A stretch of DNA of 64,000 bases from positions 3,337-67,336 of the forward strand of contig JAFRLY010000008.1 of the NCBI GenBank assembly GCA_017431005.1, read 5' to 3'. The notes beneath the pieces are model-generated. The model did no database searches and was not told the DNA's origin. It was given only the letters and a program-made list of their open reading frames with translations. Numbering within the stretch: the first letter of the stretch is position 1; every line of letters begins with the position of its first letter. This document shows positions 1-13,822 of this stretch, piece by piece. The stretch comes from Clostridia bacterium. Its GTDB lineage: Bacteria > Bacillota > Clostridia > Christensenellales > Aristaeellaceae. The translations under genes were made by a program, and so were the position numbers.

Positions 1-1403
1 CTGCGCTCGATATCGACCGGAAAAATCTCACTGATTTCCAGCGTTTTCTGTTCCTTCAGCAGATTGTCCAGCAGCGCCCGCTGCATGCCCAGCTCCTCGA
101 GATCGCTGTCAATGCGGATATCGTTCGCGTTGATCAGCAGAATCATGTAGAAATCCGCGTCCTTCCGGATGCCGAGGCCCTCCAGCGCGTTCAGTTTTTC
201 CTCTTCACTGAGGTCCTCCCCGGTCAGCAGCCGGATGAACGCCTCCGCCCTGACCGCCGAAAGCTGCCGGCTGATCGTTTCCTGCATCTGCTCATTGCTC
301 CGGGCCAGCTCCCGCACCTTATCAGCGATCTGCGGAAAATCCGACCTCTGCGTTCCAGTCCGGAGAATGCTCGCAACCTCATAGGCCGGATACGCCAGTC
401 TGACTCCGTGGAGAATCAGCAGCATAATCCCGGCAAGCAGAGCCACTATGAACAGAATCAGCATCGGAATGCGGAAGGCGCTAGTGGCGGACAGAACCTG
501 CCGGTAAGGCAGCGCGGCAACGCAGGTCCACCCCCGTCTGGTGCTGCGGCAGTAGGTAACGGATGTCTCCTCTCCGTTCACCTTCAGATTGTAAGAGCCG
601 CTCAGATCTCCATGGCCGTCCAGCTCCAGGGTTTCGGAAACAGCGCCGTCCGGGATTGCCCCGTCGCCGTGCCGCACCAGGACATCTCCCTTTTCGTTCA
701 GCAGAAAGAGGTTGCTATCCTCATAGGAATCCAGAGCCAAAAACATGTCAAGCAGATGGTTTTCCGAAAGATAGAAAAGAATCCGGTTGCTGCGGCCGCG
801 GATGCTGGTGCCGATATGCCGGATCTGATAAATCAGTGTGGATTCAGGGCTGTGAAAGCGCGTCCCTGTCGCGATTCCCCTGCTGCAGCCCAGAAACTCC
901 TCCCCTTCCAGAAAGTCCGCCTCAAAGCCCTCCCGGTCATAGTTCTCCAGCAGGAAGCTGCCGCCGTAATAGCGCTCCGGATACAGGGAGATCGTGCTGA
1001 AATCAAGCAATGTCCGGCTTTGCGCCGAATACAGCTGAATGTTCAGGACATCATCGTTCGCCACGCCAACGCTGCTCAGCACCTGCTGAGCCTTCAGAAA
1101 GGCGGTCAGGTTGCTGCCCGTCTCCTCCCGGCCGACATTGTAAAAGCTGACAATATCCGAGTTGTCTCCGAGATAGACGGCAATCTGATCCAGATTGTCA
1201 AAGATCACTTCCAGGCTTCCCAGACTGCTGCGCAGGGTGGTTCTGCTTCTGTCGTAGTATTGCTGCAGAATCTGTTCGTTCATCTGCCGGTATATGAATC
1301 CCAGCAGGATCAGAGGAATCATGAGGCACAGAAAAACGTCGGCGGAAACTCTTCGCAGCACCGCCAGATTGAGACGAGGCTCCCGTCGCGTTCTCGCGCT
1401 CAT
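1..1403 (-). CDS. Membrane-anchored sensor / AraC-family (YesS-like) transcriptional regulator, 3' end beyond window start
   Basis: ATG at 1403 after an AGGAG RBS. Begins MSARTRREPRLNLAVLRRVSADVFLCLMIPLILLGFIYRQ (TM segment), has a second TM near 410-480, and reads ...LKEQKTLEISEIFPVDIER at the window edge. Lies downstream of the ABC importer. The HTH is not visible, so the AraC call is inferred. Confidence 0.65.
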   Translation of the reverse strand, partial: MSARTRREPRLNLAVLRRVSADVFLCLMIPLILLGFIYRQMNEQILQQYYDRSRTTLRSSLGSLEVIFDNLDQIAVYLGDNSDIVSFYNVGREETGSNLTAFLKAQQVLSSVGVANDDVLNIQLYSAQSRTLLDFSTISLYPERYYGGSFLLENYDREGFEADFLEGEEFLGCSRGIATGTRFHSPESTLIYQIRHIGTSIRGRSNRILFYLSENHLLDMFLALDSYEDSNLFLLNEKGDVLVRHGDGAIPDGAVSETLELDGHGDLSGSYNLKVNGEETSVTYCRSTRRGWTCVAALPYRQVLSATSAFRIPMLILFIVALLAGIMLLILHGVRLAYPAYEVASILRTGTQRSDFPQIADKVRELARSNEQMQETISRQLSAVRAEAFIRLLTGEDLSEEEKLNALEGLGIRKDADFYMILLINANDIRIDSDLEELGMQRALLDNLLKEQKTLEISEIFPVDIER

Positions 1404-1420
1404 TTTTCTCCTCCTGTCAG

Positions 1421-1458
1421 AAAAAGGCCGCAGCCCGGATGGGCTGCGGCCTTTGTTT
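1421..1458. terminator. Intrinsic terminator hairpin after SBP gene
   Basis: AAAAAGGCCGCAGCCC-GGAT-GGGCTGCGGCCTTT perfect stem with A/T tracts. Confidence 0.8.
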
Positions 1459-1487
1459 ATGTATGCCTGATCAGACCGTTCAGGGAC

Positions 1488-3116
1488 TTATTCAGCCGTC
1501 TGCGCGTCATAGGTCTTCTGAATCAGCTCAATCATTCTGCCGTAACCCAGATTGTCCAGATCCTTCAGATAAGCGTCCCAGTCGGTCTCAATGCTGCGCT
1601 CGCCGGTAATGAACTCGGTAATAGCGATCTTGGCATAGTCACCGATGGCCGTATTCAGCTGGTTATAGGTCGTGCTGTCATCGTTGGTGAACCGCAGCGT
1701 GGGAATGGGATCCACATCCGCCGCGAAGGGCAGCAGCTTGGAGGTCTCAAAGGCCAGGCGGGATTCAAAGTTGGCAGGATCCATAATGGCGTCGGGATCC
1801 GTCTGGATCAGGTTCTTCCAGTCGATCTCCATGCCGCGGTAGGTCCACCACCAGGCGTCCACAACCTGGGCAGGAGTCTGGTACTGCAGGAACTTATACT
1901 TCGCCGGCGTCACGCCGTCCATACCGAGGGTTCCCTCGTCCGCGTAATCCCACTCGATGCCGCGGGTGCCGACCTGGCCCTGCAGCGTCCAGATCGGATC
2001 ACTGAACAGATCCGCGATCTGAATGGCAATTTCCGGATGCTTGCAGGCGTCGGTAATCATGAACATACCGCCGCTGACGGATACAGACTTTGTATAGGGA
2101 ATGGCGCGGTAGCCGTTCGGTCCTTCCAGCGGAAGCATCATGGCATACTGAATATACCGCGGCACATTATTGATGTCAAGCAGCATGCCGACGTGTCCGG
2201 CAGGAGAGCAGCCGAGGATTTCGATATCCGCATTGTTGCCCAGAGCAGTCAGCTGGCTGTTGTCCTGGGTGAAGGCAGCGGGATCGATCAGGCCTTCCTT
2301 GTACAGATCATTCATGTATGCCAGGCCTTCCTTAATGTAGTCCTGGTCAAGAATGCTCTTGAAGGAGCCGTCCTTCAGGTAATAGTAATTCGTATCAAAA
2401 TATCCGAAGGCATTCAGCAGGAACAGATAAGGATCCGCGTTCCAGGAATTGATGCAGCCGCTGAGCGGAATTTCGTCGGCGATGCCGTTTCCGTTCGGGT
2501 CATCATTCTTGAAGGCCAGCAGGACTTTCTTGAACTCTTCCGTGGTCTGGGGCATTTCCAGATTCAGGTTCTTCAGCCACTGCTCATTGATCCAGTACTT
2601 CATGGCGCAGTTTACATGGCCGACACCGGCGGAGTCGACAGCCGGAATGGCATAGATGTTGCCGTCGGAGCAGGTCATATCAACCTTCCAGTTCGGATGG
2701 GCCGCCAGCTGCTCGGAAATCTTCGGCGCATACTGGTCAATCAGGTCGTTCAGCGGAAGCAGGATGCCTTCCTGCACGCCGTAGTTTTCAAGATCCTGGC
2801 TGTTCAGGCCGATACCCATGATCACTTCCGGGTAATCTCCGCTGTTCAGCAGCAGGTTCAGCTTTTCCTTGCCGTCCTGGCTGGGAACCGTCACCAGGTC
2901 GATATCAATATTGGTATATTCCTTCAGAAGGTTGAAAACCACATTGTCCTTCAGATCCACCACGTCGCTCTGCTGCGGCATGATAATGGTCATGGACACA
3001 GGCTCCGCCAGCGGGAAATTCTCGCTGACCTGCAGTTCTTCCGGCACGTCCGCGAACGCGGTTACGCTCACCAGCAACAGGGCAAGCAGCAGTGCCACAA
3101 ATTTGTTCATCTTCAT
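1488..3116 (-). CDS. Carbohydrate ABC transporter solute-binding protein (LplA-like)
   Basis: Signal peptide ending AFA-D; DPNGNGIADEIP motif; adjacent to two CUT1 permeases. Confidence 0.9.
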   Translation of the reverse strand: MKMNKFVALLLALLLVSVTAFADVPEELQVSENFPLAEPVSMTIIMPQQSDVVDLKDNVVFNLLKEYTNIDIDLVTVPSQDGKEKLNLLLNSGDYPEVIMGIGLNSQDLENYGVQEGILLPLNDLIDQYAPKISEQLAAHPNWKVDMTCSDGNIYAIPAVDSAGVGHVNCAMKYWINEQWLKNLNLEMPQTTEEFKKVLLAFKNDDPNGNGIADEIPLSGCINSWNADPYLFLLNAFGYFDTNYYYLKDGSFKSILDQDYIKEGLAYMNDLYKEGLIDPAAFTQDNSQLTALGNNADIEILGCSPAGHVGMLLDINNVPRYIQYAMMLPLEGPNGYRAIPYTKSVSVSGGMFMITDACKHPEIAIQIADLFSDPIWTLQGQVGTRGIEWDYADEGTLGMDGVTPAKYKFLQYQTPAQVVDAWWWTYRGMEIDWKNLIQTDPDAIMDPANFESRLAFETSKLLPFAADVDPIPTLRFTNDDSTTYNQLNTAIGDYAKIAITEFITGERSIETDWDAYLKDLDNLGYGRMIELIQKTYDAQTAE

Positions 3117-3256
3117 GTTTTTTCCTCCTTCACTTTCCTAATCGGTTGTTATACTGCGCGTCTTTTTCCGTTCTGTCGTCATTCCATGGCCCGTCCCCCT
3201 TTTTTATCGATGCAGGGGAATGCGTCTTCCCCCGGAAACCTGTTTCATTGCCGCTT

Positions 3257-4192
3257 CTATCCCTTGATGGATCCGATCATGGTCCCCTTGATGAAGTATT
3301 TCTGCAGGAAAGGATAGACAACCAGCAGCGGCGCGCTGGAAACAATAATCAGGGAATACTTCAGCAGCTCGGAAAGATACTGCTTGTGCATCTGGTTGTT
3401 GACGTCCCCGGCCACTGCGGAATTGGTGATGTCCACGGAATTCTGAACCAGAATATCCCGCAGTACGATCTGCAGCGGGAATTTTGAGGCGTCATTGAGG
3501 TAGATCAGCGCGCTGTAGTAGGAATTCCAGTGGCCCAGCGCAAAGTTGATCGCCAGAACCGCAAGAATCGGCTTGCTCAGCGGAAGCACCACCCGGAACA
3601 GGTACTGGAGATAGCTTCCTCCGTCCAGGGAAGTGGCTTCAAACAGCTCCTCGGGAATCGTTGACTGGATGAAGGTTCTCGCCACGATCACCAGCCAGAC
3701 GCTGACCGCGCCGGGAACGACAATCGCCCACAGGGTATTGAGCATCTTCAGGCTCTTCAGCCACAGGTACATCGGGATGGTTCCGCCGCTGATGAACATG
3801 GTGATCATGAAGAAAACTGTCAGAAAGCCCCGGATGGGAAACTCACGGCGGGAGAGCACATACGCAGCGATCATCGTGGCGCAGGTGCTGATGGTGGTTC
3901 CCAGCACGGTATACAGGATGGTATTGGCATATCCGCGCCAGATCCGTGAATTGGAAAACACAGCCTCATAGCCCTGAACGCCCGGCTCCACCGGCAGGAA
4001 GAAAACCCGCCCCTGAATCAGGGCTTCCGGGCTGGAGAAGGAACAGCTGACCACGTACAGCAACGGATAAATGACCATCAGCAGGAAAATTCCGAGAAAC
4101 AGGTAAACGATGGAAAGATAGATTTTATCGCCCGCCGGCAGATTGCTGAACTTGTTCAGCCTGCTTTTACGGTGTTTCACTTGCGTCGTCAT
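3257..4192 (-). CDS. Carbohydrate ABC transporter permease (LplC-like)
   Basis: EAA loop EELFEATSLDG; C-terminal YPFLQKYFIKG. Confidence 0.92.
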   Translation of the reverse strand: MTTQVKHRKSRLNKFSNLPAGDKIYLSIVYLFLGIFLLMVIYPLLYVVSCSFSSPEALIQGRVFFLPVEPGVQGYEAVFSNSRIWRGYANTILYTVLGTTISTCATMIAAYVLSRREFPIRGFLTVFFMITMFISGGTIPMYLWLKSLKMLNTLWAIVVPGAVSVWLVIVARTFIQSTIPEELFEATSLDGGSYLQYLFRVVLPLSKPILAVLAINFALGHWNSYYSALIYLNDASKFPLQIVLRDILVQNSVDITNSAVAGDVNNQMHKQYLSELLKYSLIIVSSAPLLVVYPFLQKYFIKGTMIGSIKG

Positions 4193-4202
4193 ACCCTGCC
4201 TC

Positions 4203-5108
4203 CTAGAACAGACTGGTCTCGCTGATCTTGCCTACAATGGTGTTCACCAGGATCAGCATGATGCAGTTCACAACAGAGTTGAACAGACCCACCGCGGTCG
4301 CGAAGCTGAACTGCGCCTGTTCAATGCCTGTCTTGTAAACATAGGTGGCAATGATCTCCGAATACTTGTAATTCACCGGGTTCTGCAGCAGGTAGGCCTT
4401 TTCAAAGCCGATGCTCAGAATGTTGCCCACATTCAGGATCAGTGTGATCACAATGGTAGGCATGATGCAGGGAATGTCGACATTCAGCACCTTCTGCAGC
4501 CGGCTGGCCCCGTCTATCGCCGCCGCGTCGTACAGGGTGACGTCCACGGCGGACAGAGCGGAAATATAGAGGATCGAGCTGTATCCGGCCCCCTGCCAGA
4601 TACCGGAAATGATGTACGCCGGCCGGAAAAAGCCGGCAATGCCCAGGAAGTTGACCGAATCTCCCCCCAGCGCCTTGATGATCGTGTTGACCACGCCGTA
4701 GCGGTAGGAAAACATCTGGAAAATAATGCTGACCACTACAACCGTGGAGATAAAAAACGGCGCGAAGGAAACCGTCTGGAGCACCTTCCGGGTGTGCCTG
4801 TTCGCAATTTCATTGAAAGCCAGGGCCAGCAGGATCGGGAAGGGAAATCCGATCACCATGCTCTCCAGGCTCAGCACGATGGTGTTCCGCAGAATCAGCG
4901 GAAAATTCGGAATTGTGAACAGCTGATTGAAATACTTGAGTCCGACCCATTTCCCGCCGAGGATTCCGCGTTTGATGCTGTAATCCTTGAACGCCAGCAG
5001 AATACCGTACATGGGCATGTAGCTGAACAACAGAACAAGGGTAAAGGGAATCAGGGCCAGCAGATAAAGCTGCCAGTAACGTTGCTGCCTTTTTAAAAAG
5101 CGGATCAT
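4203..5108 (-). CDS. Carbohydrate ABC transporter permease (LplB-like)
   Basis: LYDAAAIDGASRLQ EAA motif; PMYGILLAFKDY. Confidence 0.92.
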   Translation of the reverse strand: MIRFLKRQQRYWQLYLLALIPFTLVLLFSYMPMYGILLAFKDYSIKRGILGGKWVGLKYFNQLFTIPNFPLILRNTIVLSLESMVIGFPFPILLALAFNEIANRHTRKVLQTVSFAPFFISTVVVVSIIFQMFSYRYGVVNTIIKALGGDSVNFLGIAGFFRPAYIISGIWQGAGYSSILYISALSAVDVTLYDAAAIDGASRLQKVLNVDIPCIMPTIVITLILNVGNILSIGFEKAYLLQNPVNYKYSEIIATYVYKTGIEQAQFSFATAVGLFNSVVNCIMLILVNTIVGKISETSLF

Positions 5109-5226
5109 AAGGCGGATGGTTCACCTCCCGTCTGTTCTGTATGCACTTTGATACTCTCTTGCTGTCTCAGATTTTAGAAGCTCCCCGGGCCGATCTCAAG
5201 GGTCTATTTTTGTCCGATTCAGGTAA

Positions 5227-8415
<3,189 letters not shown>

Positions 8416-8512
8416 CAAGGCGGAAAAACACGTTTTCATCTTTGATCAGCCGTCCCTGTTTATGGTATGATGAACAGGACGGTTTTCATATTTATCGGGA
8501 AAGGATGATCCC

Positions 8513-9634
8513 ATGCGCTTCCTTCATTTGGCCGATCTGCACCTGGGCAAGCAGATGAACGACCTTTTGCTGCTTGACGACCAGGAATATATTCTGAATC
8601 AGATCACGGATATCGCCGATGCGGAAAAAATCGACGCCGTGCTGATCGCCGGCGATGTTTATCAGCGCTCCGCGCCTCAGGCGGAAGCCATGGCGCTCTT
8701 CGACCGTTTCATATCCGGCCTGGCGGAGCGCGGCAAAAAGGTGTTTGTCATCAGCGGAAATCACGATTCCGCCCTGCGGATTTCCTACTTTTCGTCCCTG
8801 GTCCGGTCCTCCGGCATCTATGTGACCGAGGCCTTTGACGGAACCCTGCAGCAGGTAACCCTCCGGGATGAGTCCGGGGACATCGTCGTCTGGATGATGC
8901 CCTTTCTCCGGCCCTCCCAGGTGAAACGCCTCCTGCCGGAGGAAAAGATTGTCTCCTTCCAGGGCGCGGTGCAGGCCGTACTGCGCGGGGCGTCCGTCGA
9001 TACCCGGAAGCGCAACCTACTGCTCTGCCATCAGTTCATCACCGGCAGCGAAACCTCGGATTCCGAGGAGCAGGCGGTGGGCGGGCTGGATAATATTGAC
9101 GCCTCCGTGTTCGATGCCTTCGATTATGTGGCCCTGGGCCATATTCACAAGCCTCAGCGGGTTCTCCGGGACACGCTGCGCTATGCGGGCTCCCCTCTGA
9201 AGTATTCCTTCTCCGAGGCCGGTCATCATAAGTCCGTAACCATTCTGGACCTGGGCCCCAAGGGGGATGCCTCCATCCGGACCGTTCCCCTGTATCCGCT
9301 TCATGACGTGCGGCTGCTGGAGGGCACCCTGGATGAGCTGATGCGCCTGCCCTATTCTGAGGATTATGTATGGCTCACCCTTCATGATGAGATTGTTCCC
9401 CCGGACGCCCGGGTCACCCTGTCGGTGAACTTCCCGAACATGATGAAGTTCTCCGTGGTCAACTCGAAAACGAAGTATGACGTGGACGTTCTGGCTGTCC
9501 GGAGCATGGAGAACAAAAGCATTCAGGAGCTGTTCGCGGATTTTTACCGGCTGCAGAACAATGACCGGGAGCCCGGTGAAGCTCACATGCAGGTCATTGA
9601 AAAAGTGCTGAAGGAACTGGAGGAAAAGGCATGA
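8513..9634 (+). CDS. sbcD: Exonuclease SbcCD subunit D
   Basis: DLHLG, GDVY, GNHD and GHIH metallophosphoesterase motifs; overlaps sbcC start (ATGA). Confidence 0.95.
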   Translation: MRFLHLADLHLGKQMNDLLLLDDQEYILNQITDIADAEKIDAVLIAGDVYQRSAPQAEAMALFDRFISGLAERGKKVFVISGNHDSALRISYFSSLVRSSGIYVTEAFDGTLQQVTLRDESGDIVVWMMPFLRPSQVKRLLPEEKIVSFQGAVQAVLRGASVDTRKRNLLLCHQFITGSETSDSEEQAVGGLDNIDASVFDAFDYVALGHIHKPQRVLRDTLRYAGSPLKYSFSEAGHHKSVTILDLGPKGDASIRTVPLYPLHDVRLLEGTLDELMRLPYSEDYVWLTLHDEIVPPDARVTLSVNFPNMMKFSVVNSKTKYDVDVLAVRSMENKSIQELFADFYRLQNNDREPGEAHMQVIEKVLKELEEKA

Positions 9635-12261
9635 AACCGCTGAAGCTGACCCTGTCCGCCTTCGGCCCTTACGCCGGGGAAACCACGATTGACTTTACCG
9701 TTTTCGGTGAGAACGGCCTGTTCCTCATTGCCGGGGACACCGGCGCCGGAAAAACCACGATCTTTGACGCCATCAGCTTCGCGCTCTACGGCGAGGCCTC
9801 CGGCGGCAAGGAGCGCAGGAAGAGCAGAACCTTCCGCTCGGACTACGCGGATCCCCGGACCGAAACCTACGCGGAGCTGACCTTCAGCCACCGGAATGAA
9901 ATCTGGACCATCCGGCGCAATCCGGAATATGAGCGTCCGAAAAAGTCCGGGGAAGGCACCACCACCCAGAGCGCCGGCGCCATCCTGTTCCGGGAAGGCG
10001 ATGACCGGGTGATCGACGGCCTGCAGGAGGTCAGCGCGAAGATCGGCGAGCTGCTGGGGCTGACCCAGGATCAGTTCACCCGCACCATGATGATCGCCCA
10101 GGGGGATTTTCTGAAGATCCTGAACGCCTCCTCCGACGAGCGGAAGGCGCTGTTCCAGAAGCTGTTCAACACCTCCGTTTACGCCGATCTGCAGAAAAAG
10201 CTGCAGGAAATGAACGCCGCCTGCGTCCGGGAAAAGGAGGATCTGGACCGCCGCATCGCCATTGCCGCCGCCAAGGCGGATCCGGAGCCGGACTTCCCGG
10301 AACGGGAAAACCTTGCGCTGTATCAGTCGGATCCGAAATATGCCGATCTGCTGGCGGAATGTCTGGATCGGCTGATTGAGCGTGAAAAAGCCGCAGGCGC
10401 CGGTCACAGCCGGGTGAAGGAAGCGGCTGAGCAGGAAATCGGCCGCCTGATCGCCCTCATTGAGCAGGCCCGGGCCGCCAACGCGGACTTTGCCGCGCTG
10501 GAAGCCGCCGAATCCTCCCGGAAGCAGCTGGCGGAGCAGCAGACGGCCATGGACGGGCTGGCGGACCGGCTGCGGATGGCCCGGAAAGCCCTGGGGCTGG
10601 CTCCGGATGAAGCCCTGCTGACAAAAAACCAGGCGGACATCCGGAAGCAGGAGGAGGCCGCCGCCGCTGCGGAGAGCGCGCTGAAGGCAGCGGAGCAGGC
10701 GCTGCCGGAGGCGGAAAAGCGGAAGGCAGAAGCGGACAGTCATGCCGCGGAAGCAGACGGGCTGCAGGCCTCCGCCAGACAGCTCAGCGACTGTGTGCCG
10801 GTACTGCTGGACCTGGAGGGCCTGCAGAAAAAACTGCAGAAGCAGCAGGCGCAGATGCAGTCCCTGCTCAATGACAGCACCCGGGCGGATGCCGCCTATA
10901 CCGCTGCCAAGGAAGGCTATTACCGCAGTCAGGCCGGACTCCTGGCCCTGGAGCTGGCGGACGGCATGCCCTGCCCGGTCTGCGGGGCCGTGTCTCATCC
11001 TCATCCGGCACAGCTGACAGAGGATGCCGTCTCCCGGGAGGATCTGGAGCAGGCGGACCGGAAGCACCGGGAAGCCGCGCAGGCGCTGAATGAAGCCGGC
11101 ACGGCGCTGTCAGCGCTTCAGGCCGCGGCGGATGCCGGAAAGAAGCGCCTGCAGGAGCTGAACATCGGAGAAAACGAAACCGCGGCCGGTCTGAGGAAAC
11201 AGGCGGAAGCCCTGCTGCTGCAAGCAAAGCAGTACCGGAGTGAAATGGAAAAAAGCGCTCAGGCGCTGCAGCAGCTGCAGATTGCCCTGGCGCAGAACCG
11301 CACGGCAGCGGAGCACAGCCGGCAGCAGCTGGATTCCCTGCGGCAGAATGCCGAAGTCCTCGCCGCCGCCTTCCGGGATCATCTTTCATCCGCCGGCTTC
11401 CCCGACGAGCGGGCATACCGGCTGGCGAAAATGCCGGAACGGGACATGAATGAAGCCGACCGGAAGCTGAAATCCTGGAGCGAAGCGCTGAAATCCCTGG
11501 ATGACCGGATCGCTGCGCTGCGGGACAGGCTGAAGGACCGGGAGAAAACGGATCTCAGCGTCCCGGAGGGGCGGCTGCGGGAGCTGCAGGCTCAGAAAAC
11601 GGATGCCGAAAAGGCTGAAATGCTCCTGTCCAGAAAGCGCGCTCTCCACGAGGACGCCCTGAAAGCGGTCCGGGACGCGCGCCGGCAGCAGAAGCGCCGG
11701 GAAAACCACTGGGCAGTGGTCCGTGAGCTGTATAACTGCTGCGCCGGCATCACCGGCGGCGCGTTCCGCGGAAAGCTCACCTTTGAGGCCTATGTGCAGC
11801 AGTATTATTTCAGGCAGGTGGTCGCCGCGGCCAACAAGCGGCTGACGGTGCTTACAGAGGGAATGTTCACCCTGCGCTGCAGGGAAACCGCCCGGGACCG
11901 GGTGCATCAGAGCGGGCTGGATCTGGACGTGCTGGACCGGGGCACCGGCCAGTGGCGGGAGGTCAGCACCCTCTCCGGCGGCGAATCCTTCCTCGCCAGC
12001 CTGGCGCTGGCCCTGGGCCTGTCCGATGTGGTGCAGAGCCAGAGCGGCGCCATCCGCATGGACGCCATGTTCATCGACGAAGGCTTCGGCACCCTGGATG
12101 AAAACGCCCTGCGCGCCTCCCTCCGGGTGCTCTCGGATCTGGCCGGCGGCCAGCGGCTGATCGGCATTATTTCCCACGTCCGGGATCTGGAGGAGCGCAT
12201 TGACAGGCAGATCATCGTCACCAAAACCCTGAAGGGCTCAGCTGTACAGCTCAACGCATGA
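9631..12261 (+). CDS. sbcC: Exonuclease SbcCD subunit C (SMC-like ATPase)
   Basis: Walker A GDTGAGKT, coiled coils, CPVC zinc hook, LSGGE signature, FIDEGFG Walker B. Confidence 0.95.
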   Translation: MKPLKLTLSAFGPYAGETTIDFTVFGENGLFLIAGDTGAGKTTIFDAISFALYGEASGGKERRKSRTFRSDYADPRTETYAELTFSHRNEIWTIRRNPEYERPKKSGEGTTTQSAGAILFREGDDRVIDGLQEVSAKIGELLGLTQDQFTRTMMIAQGDFLKILNASSDERKALFQKLFNTSVYADLQKKLQEMNAACVREKEDLDRRIAIAAAKADPEPDFPERENLALYQSDPKYADLLAECLDRLIEREKAAGAGHSRVKEAAEQEIGRLIALIEQARAANADFAALEAAESSRKQLAEQQTAMDGLADRLRMARKALGLAPDEALLTKNQADIRKQEEAAAAAESALKAAEQALPEAEKRKAEADSHAAEADGLQASARQLSDCVPVLLDLEGLQKKLQKQQAQMQSLLNDSTRADAAYTAAKEGYYRSQAGLLALELADGMPCPVCGAVSHPHPAQLTEDAVSREDLEQADRKHREAAQALNEAGTALSALQAAADAGKKRLQELNIGENETAAGLRKQAEALLLQAKQYRSEMEKSAQALQQLQIALAQNRTAAEHSRQQLDSLRQNAEVLAAAFRDHLSSAGFPDERAYRLAKMPERDMNEADRKLKSWSEALKSLDDRIAALRDRLKDREKTDLSVPEGRLRELQAQKTDAEKAEMLLSRKRALHEDALKAVRDARRQQKRRENHWAVVRELYNCCAGITGGAFRGKLTFEAYVQQYYFRQVVAAANKRLTVLTEGMFTLRCRETARDRVHQSGLDLDVLDRGTGQWREVSTLSGGESFLASLALALGLSDVVQSQSGAIRMDAMFIDEGFGTLDENALRASLRVLSDLAGGQRLIGIISHVRDLEERIDRQIIVTKTLKGSAVQLNA

Positions 12262-12285
12262 CCGATACTGAAAGGAAGAAAGCCG

Positions 12286-13653
12286 ATGAATATTCAGGTA
12301 TCCTATGATGAAAACAGCCGGATGGTTCTTTCCGGTCTTTCCTGCGGCTGCGGCAGCGAACACCGTCAGATGGACAAAGACATCTATGTGGGCAAGGGTC
12401 TTCTCCCGCGCGTGCCGGAAATGATCCGGCGCCGGGGGCTCGGGCTGCACTGCGTCCTGGTGGCGGATGACACCACCTATGCCCTGGCCGGCAGAACCGT
12501 TCATGAGGCGCTGGCCGCGGACGGCTTCACCGTCGTTCCCTGCGTCATTCACCGGGAGGAGGATGTGCTGCCGGATGACAGCGCCTGCGGCGAGGTGCTG
12601 CTGTCCATCACCCGTGACACGGAATTCCTCATCAGCGTCGGCAGCGGCAGCCTGACGGACACAACCCGCATCAACGCGGAGCGCACCGGCCTGCCCTTCG
12701 TGGCCGTGGGCACTGCGCCGTCCATGGACGGATATACCTCCGCCGTGGCGCCGCTGCTGCACCGGGGCGTCAAGATCCAGCGTCCCGCCGTCTGCCCGGA
12801 GATCATCGTCTGCGACCTGGATATCTTCGCAACGGCGCCGATGCCGATGATTGCCAGCGGTGTCGGCGATGTGCTGGGAAAGTATATCGCCATTGCCGAC
12901 TGGCGCCTCGGGGAAATCATCAACGGCGAGGTTTACTGCCCGCTCTGCGGGGAACTGGTCATGAACGCGGTCAACGCCCTGGTGGAAAACGTGGACGAGA
13001 TCGCCGTGAAAAGCGAAAAGGGCATCCGGATCCTGACGGAAGCCCTGCTGCTGGCCGGAGTGACCATCATGCTGATCGGCCATACCCGGGCCGTTGCGTC
13101 CATTGAGCACAACATCGCCCAGTACTGGGAAATGATTCTGGTGCAGCGCGGGGTCCGGCCCCCGATGCACGGCGCCTCCGTGGGCGTGGCCACGCTGCTG
13201 GTCTGGCCGCTGTTCGAACGCTTCGCGCATGAAGATCTCTCAGGCCTGGATATTGAGGCAATCAAAGCCAGGCGGCTCTCCCGGGAACGCCGGGCAGAAT
13301 GGATGCGCCATGCCTTCGGCGCGGAAGGCGGGGAGCAGATCATGCGGGACAATCCGGAGGATTTCCTTTCCTGGGAGGAGCAGCTGCGCCGGATCCGGGC
13401 CGCACAGTCGCGCATCGATGACATCCGCGCGGTGCTCCGTTCCCTCCCGCCCCGTGAAACGATCCGGCGGGTGCTGCAGACCCTGAACGGAGACCTGACC
13501 CCGCAGGATGAGCAGATCCCGGAGGATCTGCTGAATCTGAGCATGTGGTGCGGCAAGGATTACCGCACCCGCTATACCCTTTTCAAAACCATTGACGAAT
13601 GCGGTCTGGCGGACGATTATCTCTCGGCCTGGCCGTACAGAATGCCCGGATAA
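12286..13653 (+). CDS. araM: sn-glycerol-1-phosphate dehydrogenase family (AraM/EgsA-like)
   Basis: GSGSLTD, TAPSMDG, GDVLGK, EH and HG metal ligands; N-terminal CxCGxxH. Confidence 0.8.
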   Translation: MNIQVSYDENSRMVLSGLSCGCGSEHRQMDKDIYVGKGLLPRVPEMIRRRGLGLHCVLVADDTTYALAGRTVHEALAADGFTVVPCVIHREEDVLPDDSACGEVLLSITRDTEFLISVGSGSLTDTTRINAERTGLPFVAVGTAPSMDGYTSAVAPLLHRGVKIQRPAVCPEIIVCDLDIFATAPMPMIASGVGDVLGKYIAIADWRLGEIINGEVYCPLCGELVMNAVNALVENVDEIAVKSEKGIRILTEALLLAGVTIMLIGHTRAVASIEHNIAQYWEMILVQRGVRPPMHGASVGVATLLVWPLFERFAHEDLSGLDIEAIKARRLSRERRAEWMRHAFGAEGGEQIMRDNPEDFLSWEEQLRRIRAAQSRIDDIRAVLRSLPPRETIRRVLQTLNGDLTPQDEQIPEDLLNLSMWCGKDYRTRYTLFKTIDECGLADDYLSAWPYRMPG

Positions 13654-13822
13654 TTCCCGCCCTGTTTTCCGGATCCGGCAGGTCCCCCTGTTTACTCTTC
13701 CGGGCCGGTTATGGTAAAATACTCAGGATTGCAGAAAAAAGAGCCGCCTGCGGCGGCCGGATCTTTCGGAAACAGGAGCATCCTCCTGTGCCTGAATCAA
13801 TAATCGTTTGGAGGAAAAGCCA

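Noticed and set aside
408-3317. 969-aa plus-strand ORF
   Set aside because: Antisense shadow of the SBP and regulator genes; no motifs or RBS. Expected from GC-rich codon bias.
8422-8437. LexA/SOS box upstream of sbcD (AAAC-ACGT-TTTC)
   Set aside because: Two mismatches to GAAC-N4-GTTC, and no comparable site before uvrA or dinB.
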